Source: Carpediemonas membranifera BICM (lineage: Eukaryota > Protista > Fornicata). Taken from it: a DNA stretch of 64,000 nt. The notes beneath the pieces were generated by a model. The model was not told where the DNA came from. It searched no databases and was given only the letters and a program-made list of their open reading frames with translations. Both the position numbers and the translations under genes were made by a program. Location of the stretch: contig JAHDYR010000038.1 in the NCBI GenBank assembly GCA_019828565.1, positions 326,735 to 390,734 on the forward strand, given 5' to 3'. How positions within the stretch are numbered: the stretch's first letter is position 1; each line of letters starts with the position of its first letter. Shown in pieces: positions 41,221 through 53,400 of the stretch.

Positions 41221-42720
41221 TTGGTGTATTGGGGTTATAGTTGGGAAGACGGGCTGGAGGTCTTGGATTTCTGAAAGCACTGGCTTGATACTGTGCATCC
41301 GTCATGAGGCCGCAATCCAAGATGTTCTGTGCAGCAGTCTTGTCTCTGTGGGAGAGATTGAGTTAAGTGGATGTAGGATTGGAATTGAGGCGTTGCTGTC
41401 TGTACCATGGAGCACCTTGACAATTCGGGTTGTGGCATCGCATCGTGCGCCTCGTGTAGCGAGTTCTACGGAACCTCGCGCGGCAGAAGGGGCAGACGAG
41501 TGAGGTTCGGAACTCGTTAGTCATCCGCACTTCAGCAGTGATGTTGAAAGCTCTCATGATGTGTGGTAGTGATTTTGCAAAGCGACCATACGGCGCGCAT
41601 GGATGCACCCGACGGGGCGTCTTGAATCTAGCGCTTCCGTAGAAGACAACCAGCCTGGTGGGGGCTGCCCGGGGAGGGGCAATACCGCGAGGGAGTCGCC
41701 GAGGAGTCCATCCTAGGGTGCGAGCAAGCAGCTCCCCAGCTCTGTGGAAGTGCTTTTGACGCAAGATGTGGTTCGTCAGGCGCACTCTGCGGAAGCTCTT
41801 GACCATCCCAGCGTCGAATATTTCCTGCTCGTGGAGGAGCACAAACCTAATCGAGTTTTGTAGACTATCTAGATTTGTACTTTTGAATGACGCAGGAGTC
41901 ATGTCGAACGCGAAGCTGGGGGTCTTGGTGTACCCACACTTCGGGACCACACCGGAGCTGGTGGTGCCATCTGGGTGGCGGATGAAGAATCCACCCAGAG
42001 CCCGAGCACCCGGGTCGAAACCCATGAGGTGGGCATCGGGGTCTGGCGCGGGGCGAGCATCTGCGTCATCCACACCCAGACGCTCCCGAACCTTTCGCTT
42101 CATCGTCGGGTTGCCACTGGCACGTCTGTTGACGTATGGCAGAGCACCAACTTGGACCGTGAGGTCCACGGCGACCCCATCTGTCTTGACAGACAGCACC
42201 CGACGGATGTTCGGAGGAAGAGCCTCCAGCTGTTCTCGGGTCATGCGCTCAGTGGCATGATGCTCCGGGTCGACCCCAAGTTGGGCAAGCCAAGCCGGGT
42301 TCAGCACGTTGAGAGAACAGGGAACGTGCATGAACCCGGGGCGGACCGGAGCCATCGGGACAAGCGGAACAAGCTTGGGGCCAGCCAGCGGCTTGTCACC
42401 CGGAAGAGGCGGATGGGCGGTGTTGAATGCCGCAACCATATCCGTGAGCTCTCCCAGAGCCGCGGAGATCCGCCAGACGCAGGGCAGCGTGAGTAGAACG
42501 CCCTCGTCGACTCGTCCCGGAGTTGAGATCTTTGCAAGGTGCTCATCAACGATCGCCTTGACAGCGCGTTGTTCGGTGCGCAACCGGGTGATGTCGTCCC
42601 GGGGCACGTCGTATCGTCGTCGGATCAGGTGCAGTTTATGTCAGAGGCGTTCCCATCGCCTTACAAGCGCTCAATAGCAGCGATGTGGTACGCAAGATCA
42701 CCCCTGTCCACTGCGCGCAT
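41174..42720 (-). pseudogene. Fanzor (eukaryotic TnpB-like RNA-guided nuclease), decayed
   Basis: SVKTDGV; RuvC-I GFDPG; VFYG plus shifted RuvC-II NEFRTS; zinc finger CPFC...CHNPNC; in-frame TAA at 41363-41365, then RuvC-III HRDKTAAQNI and stop at 41174. Broken 5' frame upstream of 42607. Confidence 0.85.
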
Positions 42721-42782
42721 TTTCATTTGGGGTCAGTCGAGTCGGATGTCGTAGTCGCATGACAAGTGAAACAACGCCAGCA

Positions 42783-43176
42783 ATGTCTGAGTATACAGAG
42801 ACACTTGATACGGAGATCTGGGAAGATCTTCGTGAAGCTAATGAGGATGACCCATCATTTGTCGACGAGGTTCGTTTCTGACCGCTGTTTCTTACTGCAG
42901 ATCACTGGAATCTTCGTCACCTCTGCGAAGGAAAGCATAGAGCAGCTGAAAGAAGCATGGGACGCCAAGGAAATGGATAGTATCCAGCGCTACGCACACA
43001 AGCTCCGCGGCTCGTCGTCACAGGTGGGGCTTATCAACTTCCAAGAGCTCATGGGCAACATAATGTCTGACGCGACCAAACACGACAAGGAGAAGATAGG
43101 TGCGAACATGGAGCATCTAGACGGGCAGTGGGACGTCAGCCTCGCTACTCTGATGGCTGAAGTCAGCAAGGCTTGA
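42783..43176 (+). CDS. Stand-alone histidine phosphotransfer (Hpt, Ypd1/AHP-like) protein, exons 42783-42869 and 42901-43176
   Basis: AHKLRGSSSQVG phospho-His motif; 31-nt GTTCGT..CAG intron (42870-42900) joins DPSFVDE to ITGIF in frame. Confidence 0.9.
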
Positions 43177-43307
43177 TAAAGAGCGAAAGGGGATTGGGGA
43201 CATGGGTTGGGGCCGAGTCAGGGTCAAGTGGATGTGTCGCTGACAGTCCTTGGCCGTGTGATGGAATGACTCGGGCGGAGTCGATACGATATTGCACACG
43301 AACCACC

Positions 43308-43976
43308 ATGGGCGGAGGGGCCAGTGTTTTGGGCCAAACTGTAACTTCGGTTGCTCAATCCGGTCAATCGCGCTTACCTGAGTTGCCTTCAAGCGTCGCC
43401 ATGGTCACTAGCCGGATTCCAGAGCAATACATCCCATTCTCCACCATACTAAGTCCAATGCTGAATCCAGCACGCTACAAATTATCCCAAGATGATGAAG
43501 ATGATGAATTTGAGCGCTCTTTCCTCGCGACCACCGCGAATTTCGATGACGACGTAGACATCAACGATTCCGACACCCACAGTCCCAGCGACAGTGGCGC
43601 CGGCCTCTTCGACGACGAGCTCGACGACCACGTGTTTATGCTAGACGAGGACGAGGCCGAGGAAGATCTCAAGGCGGCCGTCCCCTTGCAGGCGATCTGT
43701 CGTGCCCAGATTATCCGACACACCACGAAGATCGGTGTCGAGAGCACCATTGTCAACATAGGGAAGGAGCTTTCCGCAGAGAAGAAGAAGACACTGGGGA
43801 AGTCCGGGTCGTCGAAGGCCATCCACGTGAACAGAACAGGGGATTCCGTCAGGGCCGCCGTCATCGCGGAGATGTCGGCGGAGGCTGAGGCGGCACTGGA
43901 GCAAACGGCACAAAAGGGGCTGGCGGCAATGGTCACAGCGCAGCAGGAGGCTTATCTGAAGGACCAGGGTATATGA
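43308..43976 (+). CDS. Hypothetical acidic protein, possible N-myristoylation (MGGGAS)
   Basis: ATG 43308 in ACCACCATGG context; ORF to 43976. Confidence 0.55.
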   Translation: MGGGASVLGQTVTSVAQSGQSRLPELPSSVAMVTSRIPEQYIPFSTILSPMLNPARYKLSQDDEDDEFERSFLATTANFDDDVDINDSDTHSPSDSGAGLFDDELDDHVFMLDEDEAEEDLKAAVPLQAICRAQIIRHTTKIGVESTIVNIGKELSAEKKKTLGKSGSSKAIHVNRTGDSVRAAVIAEMSAEAEAALEQTAQKGLAAMVTAQQEAYLKDQGI

Positions 43977-44621
43977 CGATATGCACAGGCATAATAGATG
44001 AGGGCTGGAGGTAGACGGTGCCATAATGCATGGTAGATGGGATTGATGAGAACGTTTAGGTGGCGGAGGTCGACCGACGTTAGAAGCCATTTTAATCAAG
44101 CAAATGAGCCTCAATCACTTTCCCTACTCACTCACACACGTCGTGGCCCGCCCCGTAAGCACCCACCACCGCACAGGACACCACCATCGCCGTCCCCTGG
44201 TTCGTGGCCTTCCTTATTGTCGCCTGGGTCCCCTTCATTGGCCAAGACATATACGTCGCCCTCATCGCATGGGCTATCATCCTCATCTGCAACGTTGTCT
44301 TCGGCATCTACTGGGACTTCATGACTGTGACGGACTTAAGAACGTCGGGCAGCTAGCTCTGCTTCATAAATCTGGATTAACAGTATGACAGGTCTCACCG
44401 TTGTAAGTCGGTCGATATCGCACCAAATCTATTGCCGAAAAATGCTATGCATGGCGAGTAGACACACATCGACCTATCGCAAAGCGGCAGATACAGTCTC
44501 GTTTATGTATGTGCATTATGTATTACGTAACATGACATGGATAAATTCGTGACCGGTCCCACCAGTCCAACTCTGTCAGCGGCTCGGCCGGGCTTAGAGC
44601 CCAGGAGCGGAGCAGCGAGTA

Positions 44622-45278
44622 ATGTTCGCGAAACGGGATCTTATCTTGCACAGGGGCGACAGGACGATGCATGCTCCATTCTTCGGCGCCAATACTGTTG
44701 GAAAGACAACGTTAGTGAACAGATTGGTCGGTACTATTGATGAATTAACAACTATTCCCACTTTAACATTCAATGTGGAGACGATCAAGTTTGGAGGGCC
44801 AGGTTCGGGGTTTCCGCGCTCTAAGATCACGATATGGGACCTTGGCGGTGCATACAAGTTCCACGAGCTGCACTACCATTATCTGAACGAGAAGATGGCC
44901 GTCATGTGTCTCATCACCAACCCGCACGAGAAAGATTCGTGGCGTCTCGACAAGCAACGAGAATACCTCCACCGAATCCTCGACCACGACACCAAGACGC
45001 GGCCCCTGATTGTCGTGGCCAACTACCACACCGACGATTGGGCCGACTGCCCCGATGCCATGACCCCCGACGGCCTGGCGGACGAGCTCGGCCTGTTCAA
45101 CCTCGCCGACAGGATGTGGACGGTCATCCCATGCAACGCGGTCTCGGGGAAGAACGTTGGCGCGCTCCTCCCCCTCATCGCCAGGGTCTCTGCGGCCGAA
45201 GGGGCCCGAGGCACGACCCAGCCCTCCGTGGCCCCCGAGCTGCAGCCGGACGCTGTGCCATCAAACGGGGCGAAGTAG
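44622..45278 (+). CDS. Divergent Arf/Arl-family small GTPase
   Basis: GANTVGKTT, TIPTLTFNVETI, IWDLGG, CNAVSG. Confidence 0.85.
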   Translation: MFAKRDLILHRGDRTMHAPFFGANTVGKTTLVNRLVGTIDELTTIPTLTFNVETIKFGGPGSGFPRSKITIWDLGGAYKFHELHYHYLNEKMAVMCLITNPHEKDSWRLDKQREYLHRILDHDTKTRPLIVVANYHTDDWADCPDAMTPDGLADELGLFNLADRMWTVIPCNAVSGKNVGALLPLIARVSAAEGARGTTQPSVAPELQPDAVPSNGAK

Positions 45279-45558
45279 CTCAGCGTCGTGGCTGTCAACA
45301 TGCTCAAGCGGGGTGACTCCGACCGCGATCGACCCACCCGGCCCGAAGGCTGCTCATGGGAGGACGAGGGCCGTGCCGTCGCCGAGTATTCAGGGCCGCT
45401 GCACGACATATACGCTCCTCCCTGCTCTGCTTTGACCCCGTTACTGCCAACGAGATCAAGATGATGAAGAGCGTCAAAACAATCGTCCGTTCCGGTCTCT
45501 TCCAGCTCTTCCTTAACGGACAAGGGAGGGTCGCACTTGTCGCCCCAACCATCCCCAT

Positions 45559-45611
45559 TGTCCCAATCAATTGATTAAACCTCTTTCGCTAGCTGTTCTA
45601 TCCATACCACA
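45559..45611 (+). repeat. 5' LTR (53 bp)
   Basis: TGTCCCAATCAATTGATTAAACC...CCATACCACA, identical to 57144-57196. Confidence 0.95.
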
Positions 45612-45623
45612 GTGATCACTGTC

Positions 45624-47459
45624 ATGGTTTTAGTCAGCAACAGCCGTTTAGACGAGTATCGTCTTCATGTTGCAAGCAAAAAGCAGCCGTCTAGCATCCT
45701 CTTTTTCCTCGGGAGCGAGAAACTAGCCGAAATCCGCGCGGCGTTCATCCCGACAACGAGATTCCCAACATTCGAGGATTTCCAATGCTTCTTTGAGACA
45801 GAGATCCGTCCTCCCATTCATAAGCCTTCCGAGCAGAATGAACCCGAGAAGAACGACGACGACAAATCGGCCGAGGAGCTCAGCGCTCTCCTGGCCAAGC
45901 TCAAGGATATAGACACCCAAGCGGCCTCGATCGCTTCAGACGAGCTGAAGCAGGCCTTCATCACCGCAGCCCTCAAGGCGGTCAGTCCGCCACCGACGGC
46001 CCCAGACACCTCGACCAACGCCTCAGAGCGCCTCTCGAGGGAGGAGCTCCGCGAGCGGGCGGACCTCTTGCTCACCTACACCGCGTACTTCGAGCTGACA
46101 CCCGCCCAGCGGGCCAACCCAGCCGCTCGCGCGGCGGCGATCCTGGAAAGGACCACGCTCACAGGTGGAGACATCACCTCTATGCAGAAGATGTTCCTAG
46201 CTTTCGGCAAGCACTGTCGCCAGCTGAACCCCAAGTTCCCGACAGAAGAAAACGGTTACACGCCCCTCACCGAGAAGAGGCTGATATCCACGCTTTTCCG
46301 CGTGCTGACCCGCGGTTTTGACGTCACCGAAGCCGCCCTCGCCTTCGAGGATTTCGCCGACGGCGCCACCACCATCGATGACGTCCAGCACCGCATCCTG
46401 GCTTTGCCAACTAACTCCGATGGGACGATCGTCACGCCTTGGTCCTTCTGCCAGAGGACCTCCGGTCCCATGGCAGGCGCCAAGGTCCCCGCTACACCGG
46501 GCAACGGCCGCAAGACCTGCCGCGTCCACGGTCCCGGCGGCCACTCTACTGAAGAGTGCCGGCTGCTGAAGCGCCAGAGTCAGGCTAACAGAGCCACACC
46601 GGCGGGCCGCCAACCTCAAGATCCCCGCCAGGGCCAGGCCTCTCAACGCACACCACACCAAGCCTCAGCCGCCCAGCAGAACCAGTCACGCCAGCCGCAG
46701 GCAGTTGGTCCCCAACGACAGGCCGCTGGACAACCACAGCAGCCCCAGCAACCATCGACGTCGAAGGGTCCTTGGCAGTTCAGGCAGAACCCCAAGCAGG
46801 CCACACCATTCACACCGACACCCCCCAACAAGCCCCAACAAGGCAGCGTTCAGAACGTAGAGCATGCCGAGCACGCTTACTCGCCGGGCCGGCTTCTCCG
46901 GATTCCAGTGACGATAGGTGACACGCTTATCTCAGCGACGGTCGACCCTGGCTCCGTAGTGTCCACCATCTCGCTGGACCTCGCCAACGCACTCGCCCAG
47001 TTTGGCAGGAGGGGCCCCGACATGGTCCAGCTGACGGGCCCTGACGACCAAGGTCTCCAGCAACACGGCACCTTCGAGACAACGCTGGTCGCGGACCGCT
47101 TGGGCGACCGCCGAACGATCATCGATTGGCCCCTGCACGTCATCAGCGGCAGGGCCGATAAGGTCCTCATCGGCTCGGATATATTGTGGTTCTTAGGCCT
47201 CATGTCCGACGAGGGCATCATGCTTCGCCTCCGCCCGCAAGTTCACGACGGCGAGGACGAAGGCCTCCCCGACGACCAGACCGATGACTTCCACGCAGTC
47301 AACAACATCGTCAGCGACGACGCGGGCCCACTTGGCACACGCATCGCAAGCGACTTCCCGCTCAAAGCCGAGATGGCTGATGTCATCCGCCGGCACGCAC
47401 CGGTATTCGGCGAGCTGCACCCTGACGGCGCCCAGATCGCCGCCGCAACGATTGACATC
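45624..47459 (+). CDS. gag: Gypsy gag-protease (5' part of polyprotein)
   Basis: Zinc knuckle CRVHGPGGHSTEEC, Q-rich linker, aspartic protease ATVDPGS...VLIGSD; joins 54564 in frame once the LINE is removed (AATIDI|VPGAP). Confidence 0.85.
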
Positions 47460-47473
47460 ATATTTTCCGCACC

Positions 47474-50400
47474 ATGGGCAAAAGTAGTTCTGGCTACAGA
47501 GGCCCAATCTTAGCGAAAGACACTGGTCCGCAACCACAAAGTACCACTGCTGCTCAAAGCAGTATCGCCGACCAACGCTTCCTGACGAGGAAGCACCTCA
47601 AATATGTTTCATCCGCCCCTCCTGTCCTCAAAAGACAACTACTAGCAGGCATTGCCTTTATTGGGGACCCCGTAATCATCCATCCCTTCAAAACTGAGCT
47701 TGCAACACACTCATCGACGGGCAATTTCGTCTCGGTGGCAATCCCAAACCTAAAACGGGACAACGCCCGCTATAAGCGGGCTAAGGATGCCTGTAATGAC
47801 CTACTCCAAGATGCTGAGCACCTTGCAGCTGCATTTGGGCTCTCCATCCGGGAAGGTATCCTCAAACTCTTTCCCCTCATTGCCTATGATCTTGTCCACA
47901 CGGTTGGAACGCTTAAGGCTGCCCTAATCCACTGCAGGTTCACGGGACTCCCCCCAGCTAGCAGCATGGACTGGAGCAAGTTCGCAGATTTCATCTCCGC
48001 CAGATGCCCTACAGTGTTAGACCAACGGAACGATCCTTGGCCTCCAACCATATCCACTGTCCCGAACTCTCCGAGCCTGACATGGCAGGCAGTCGGTCAA
48101 AGAGAGCCTCTTGGTCCCCGCATCGCTCACTCCGGCCGGCCCGGCCCCATTGTATCTCCGGATGGTCTCAACCTCACGCCGTTCATGGGCCTCGAGGTAA
48201 TCCACTTACTGTATGGCGCCTCTCCCGTGTTGGGAGGACATGCGATGACTGAGCTTTATGCCGAATGGGGTGGAGCCACAGCGGCCGACCTTCAGTCTTC
48301 CTTATCGAATACCTTATCAGACAGCCTTATCTCTCCCATTCGCCGGAAGGCCTATCCAGTCGATGACTCTACTATATCCATAAGTTCCTGTTCAAACTCT
48401 GATGTTGAGCTCGCAAGCCCGATCCCTGTTAGCGTGGAAGAGGTTGCGCGGCAGATTCGGAAAGAAATATCGTCTTGCGAAGAGAACAGCATTTATCCAT
48501 CATCCCCGATCGTAGCTGAGGAGCCTAACGCCCGTTGGGGCCCTCTCATGAGCATCCCAGTTCACGCCGACGGCAACTGTGGCCTTCACTCACTTGCTGT
48601 CTCTCTGGGTATGACGGGCCTGACGAGACGAGAAGCCGTGTCGAAACTTGCCTCCGCCATCCAGAATGGTACAGTGGATCTTAACTCCTCGTGGAGATCC
48701 ACGGTGCGCACTTTAACCACACACACCACCGCTAGCGACATTGGTAGTGCCTTCCTATCCACCACAGACCTCCGCAATATTGCATCGCTCTTTGGAAAAA
48801 ATGTGCTTATTGCTCATCGATATGATGCCAACACAGTCTCAGTAACCATCCCAGCATTATCCGAGTTCTCTACACTTCCTCTCAATATTGACGCGCTCAA
48901 AACGATGCTCAAAACCGATTACATCCTCATTAGACTGAGTGCTCTGCACTTCACGCCTCTTTTTCCGTCTGTGAGGAGCGCAGAAGCAAGGCGCCTGCAA
49001 TATGCTGAATATCGTCCAAGAAGAGCCCCCTCTAGTGTGGCTCGCAACAACATCGCCGCTGAAGGCCTCGATAGCGCCCCCTCTAGTGTGGCCCGCAACA
49101 ACATCGCCGCTGAAGGCCTCGATAGCGCCCCCTCTAGTGTGGCTCGCAACAACATCGTCGCTGGAGGCCTCGATAGCGCCCCCTCTAGTGTGGCCCGCAA
49201 CAACATCGCCGCTGGAGGCCTCGATAGCGCCCCCTCTAGTGTGGCCCGCAACAACATCGCCGCTGAAGGCCTCGATAGCGCCCCCTCTAGTGTGGCCCGC
49301 AACAACCGTGATGGCGTCCATGGCGCTCTCATAGGCTTGTCTGGCAAGAGAGAGGGTCCTGTTTCTCATATCCTAGTGGTCGACTTTGAAGGACTAGGAA
49401 CTGCCGTAGACCGCAGAGCCACCAAACAGAGTCGCGTCTCATATCCCGTAGAGGCCGGCGCCACACTCCTAGCCCGCGTCAAGGATCCTGAAACGGGGAT
49501 AATGATGTGGGACGTCGCAGGGGTCCACTGGGGCGGCTTAGAAGTTGATATCCCAGCGCAGTTAATGCAGACAGCTTTATACCAAGCGGCAGTTGTTCAT
49601 GGGTGTCCTCCCATGAGCTTCAGAGTACACCCCGACCACCCCGGGATCTCATTCCCCAGCCCGACCGACTGGCTTCACCACCTCACGGTCATAGTGAGCT
49701 CCCTCCCGAACTGCATCATGGTCGCCAAAGACCCGAGACTTGAGAACTCCGTCCTAGAGTCATGGGTCTCGGAAAGCGATGCCCCCTTCCTTGACAAGGT
49801 CTATGACATAAGTGATCTAGAGTCCATAGACAAAAGATCCTTTGGGCATATCCATGACTACTGCCGTTCACCCGAGTTCTCTGAGGCGATGTCGATAGCC
49901 CAATGTCTCACAATGGTGAAGTGCCCCTGCCCGTACCACATTGGAACAGATCCAGGCTACCATTGTGCTCTCAGTGACACTGTAGCTTTCGCGGCGGTAC
50001 TGCACACAGTCTCATGTCTCGACCGAACATCTAGGGGAGCTATCACATCCACGTACTCTGAAATCACTGATGCATGGAGGAAAGACTTGGATGTCCTCAT
50101 CGGCAACTGGTCCTCTCTCCTGCCCGACCTGGCCGTGCTACTACTCCAAGACCTCCACCTGCCAACGCTTGAGGAGCTGCACCACATCCTCAAGGAGTAC
50201 GTAATAGCACCTAAGGGTGGCTGCTCCTTCCCCACAGGTGATAGGGCCAGACAGGCTATGACGTGCCGTCAATTTATTGCAGTGCGGAGCCCAGCTCGGC
50301 GAGGGTGGGAATGGTTTGATCCTCTTGCCAAGATGATAGCGGTGGCGGATGCGGCAGGCATAGTCCCTCCAAACAGCCTAGAACAGCCATTCATCAGGAT

Positions 50401-53400
50401 AGCGACGGTGAATAACGACAGCTCCTTCAGCAATCAGTTGACGGCTCAGCAAGTTTACTGGGAGTGCCCTCCTCACCGAGACCTACCGCAATCTGCTGCA
50501 GAGCTTCTGGCTCTCAACGTTCCTCCCTCGGCAGACAACTCCAAAGGAGTAGTCAAGAGGTCCTACAGAGCGCCGGATCATTGGTTTCTAGTCCCGAGAA
50601 TCCCCAACAAGCCAGTGCGAGGGCTCCGCAAAGTCAGACTGAGAGGGCCCATGACTCGAGGAGACATGGATGCCCTCATACAGAAGGCAGAAACAGCATG
50701 GGTCAGCGAAGCGTGGGACCTTTCTCCGGTGTTCAAAGCTCTCCAGAGTGCCCGAGCTCACGACGGTAACTGGAGTAAGGTTGAGCCACCGGCTTCTTCC
50801 ACGCCAGCTCCAAGCTTAGCCACGCGAGTCTCGCCTGCGACCTTCAGGAATCAGAGAGGGCGAAGTCAAGCAGGTAGACGACCAGTAAATGGTCACCTCT
50901 ACTCGTGGAATTGCACATCACTCAACATCACCAAGATGACTCTTGCTCTAGTACAAGACGTGGACATCATGGCCATTCAGGAGCTATGGTGGTGGGCCCA
51001 GTCCCCGGAGCTGCCCACAACGAATGACAAGGTCCTGCTATACCACGGAGTGATCAAGTCAGAGTCCGAGACAAAGCATCTAGGCGTAGGCATCATGCTG
51101 AGGAAGGAATTAGCTGAGCTCTGCACATACGTCGAGAACCAACCCCACTCTCCAAGGTTGATTCAAGCTGACCTAGGCTGCGTGTTTGTAACAGCTGGCA
51201 AACTGAAGGTCCGTGTCATGTCCATCTATAGTCCATGCACGGGAGCACAAGCCAAGAAAGAGTTCCACACTCTACTGTCCTCCGAGGTGAAGAAAGCTAT
51301 TGAGCAAGGGCTCCAAGTTCTTGTCATGGGAGACTTCAACACGAACCTACTAGATCCATCGACGCTGTGGGCTACCACCCTAAAGGAGTGTGGCTTGAGA
51401 CTGGTAGTGCCCGACGGCCCGACCTTCATGGACAGAGTAATTGATGGCATCGCAGCAACACCTAAGCTGGCTGATCTCATCAAGAAGCCGCTCACAGTAT
51501 CCCTTGAACCCAAAAGGACACAGAGCGGTTGTAGCAAGATCAGGCATAACGGGTTACTTTCGCACGAGGAGCAAGGCAACAGCAGTCCTCAACGAAAGAC
51601 ATGTGGCTAACGTACTTGAATGCAGCAAGGATCATCGAAAGGCGAGGACTCTCCTGAGGAACATCAGCCACCTTGATGTCGACCAAGCCTTTCAAAGCCT
51701 GACGTCGACTATCAACCGATGGGCGTTGGTGGACACTGCGGCCTCACATGAAGTGAGAGAAGTCGAGAGAGCAGAAGACTACGACCACTGGTTTGTCGCC
51801 GGAGAGCAGATCGGTATTTCCCCTGAACGGCTCTATGAGCTCATCATTGAGGATCATCGCCACCAACATCAGCTCAAGGAGAGGACGAGCAGAGGCCCCC
51901 AAAGCTCTCGTGTGCTCTGAGCTATCATCAGCAATGCTATCAGTAGCGTTAGCATCCTCGGAGAGCCACGCCCACTCAACACTCAAAGCCTACCATGCCC
52001 GAGCCAAGCGAGTCTCTGAGAGCATGGATGTCATGTCCCCTGAATTCTTTAGATACGTCCATTGGAAGCTTTTTGAAGGGGCAGGCCAGAGTGTCTGGTC
52101 TTCGCAGAGACCTGGAAGGCTTACTCAGAGGACCCGGCCTTCCTGCTACCACCACAGTAGGAGGCAGAGTGATCACCAACCGAGAAGAAGTAGCCAAGGC
52201 CTTCGAGGAGTGGTATGCGTCAGTATCATATGTGGCAGGAGCAGTAGAACCATCCATCTCTCGCCCCCGATATAGAGCTCGAAATCACGGACACTCTCCT
52301 GGAAGGGGCTCTCAAATCTGCCAAGAATAGATCAGCCCCAGGCAGTGATGGACTAACCCCGGCAATTTTCAAATATTGCCCAGTCCTCAAGGAGGCGCTC
52401 AAGACTCTGCTACAGAAGTGCATTGACCAACTCAAGACCCCAGCAGAGTGGCATACCGCCGTGGTAATTCCATTGAAAAAGCCCGGCTCTACTAGCGATG
52501 CTCCTGTGGCGTTCAGACCTATCTCCCTACTTTCCACAGCCCACAAGGTGCTCGGCACAATGATGATCCGCACGATTGACCGAGACAACCCTCTTCCCCC
52601 TGAACAATACGGTGCAAGGCCGGGTGTTTCATCGGTTGATGCACTATGGGCTATTGAGCACGCGAGACGTGGGTTCAAAGCGACCCACATTGGGACTCTG
52701 GACGTGGCTAAGGCCTTTGACCGTGTCCCGAGGAGAGATGCATTGGACTCGTTGAGGGGGAACAGAAGGGCCATTGAGATGTTGAAGGAGATGCATTTGC
52801 ACACAAGGATCTCTATGCGAGGTAGCAGCACTAGCGCCGCTACCAACACAGGAGTACGGCAAGGATGCACCACTGCTCCCTTCATCTTCACAAGATACCT
52901 TGCGGAAGTCCCTCACATCATTGCAAGCTTAACCGCTCTAGGGAAGGAAGCAATTGAGAAGCTTCCTCCCGACATAGAGACCCTGAGACGAGTGGCAGCA
53001 AGGCCGTGCGTTCCCTGGATTGTCACAGTCCTGTTCGTTGATGACATTACAATAGTAGCTCCCTCCCTTAAGTGGTTGGAGGCAGCACTTACGGCGGCAT
53101 GGACATGCATGCTAGCGCTATCCTTGGAGCCCAACGATAAGACCACCTATGTCTCAGAGGACGACACCCCCTCCCTCACCATCCATGGCAATCCAGTCAT
53201 TAAGAGAGACGCGGTCAAGCTCCTAGGGGTCCTCTTCGATACGTCCCGAGACTTCTCCACCCAGAATAGGACTATGGGCGAAAGGATAGACAGAGAGCTA
53301 CGACTACTGAGAGCTAGCGGCGTGATGCACTCCAAGTTCTGTCCTCGCATTGTAGAGGTCTACACCCTCCCCAAGCTGCTGTACGGGTGGAGCGTCTGGG

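Noticed and set aside
41363-41365. TAA reassigned to Gln (hexamitid-type code) as the reason for Fanzor read-through
   Set aside because: Other genes here end at TAA/TAG at expected positions (e.g. 26002, 8949) and long ORFs have no internal TAA/TAG
41346-41405. Intron removing the Fanzor stop (GTACAG...CCCACAG on the minus strand)
   Set aside because: Splicing at these sites creates an in-frame TGA; a simple nonsense mutation or base error is more parsimonious
49025-49306. Regular repeat array resembling CRISPR
   Set aside because: Contiguous tandem units with no unique spacers, in frame within a coding sequence; no cas genes
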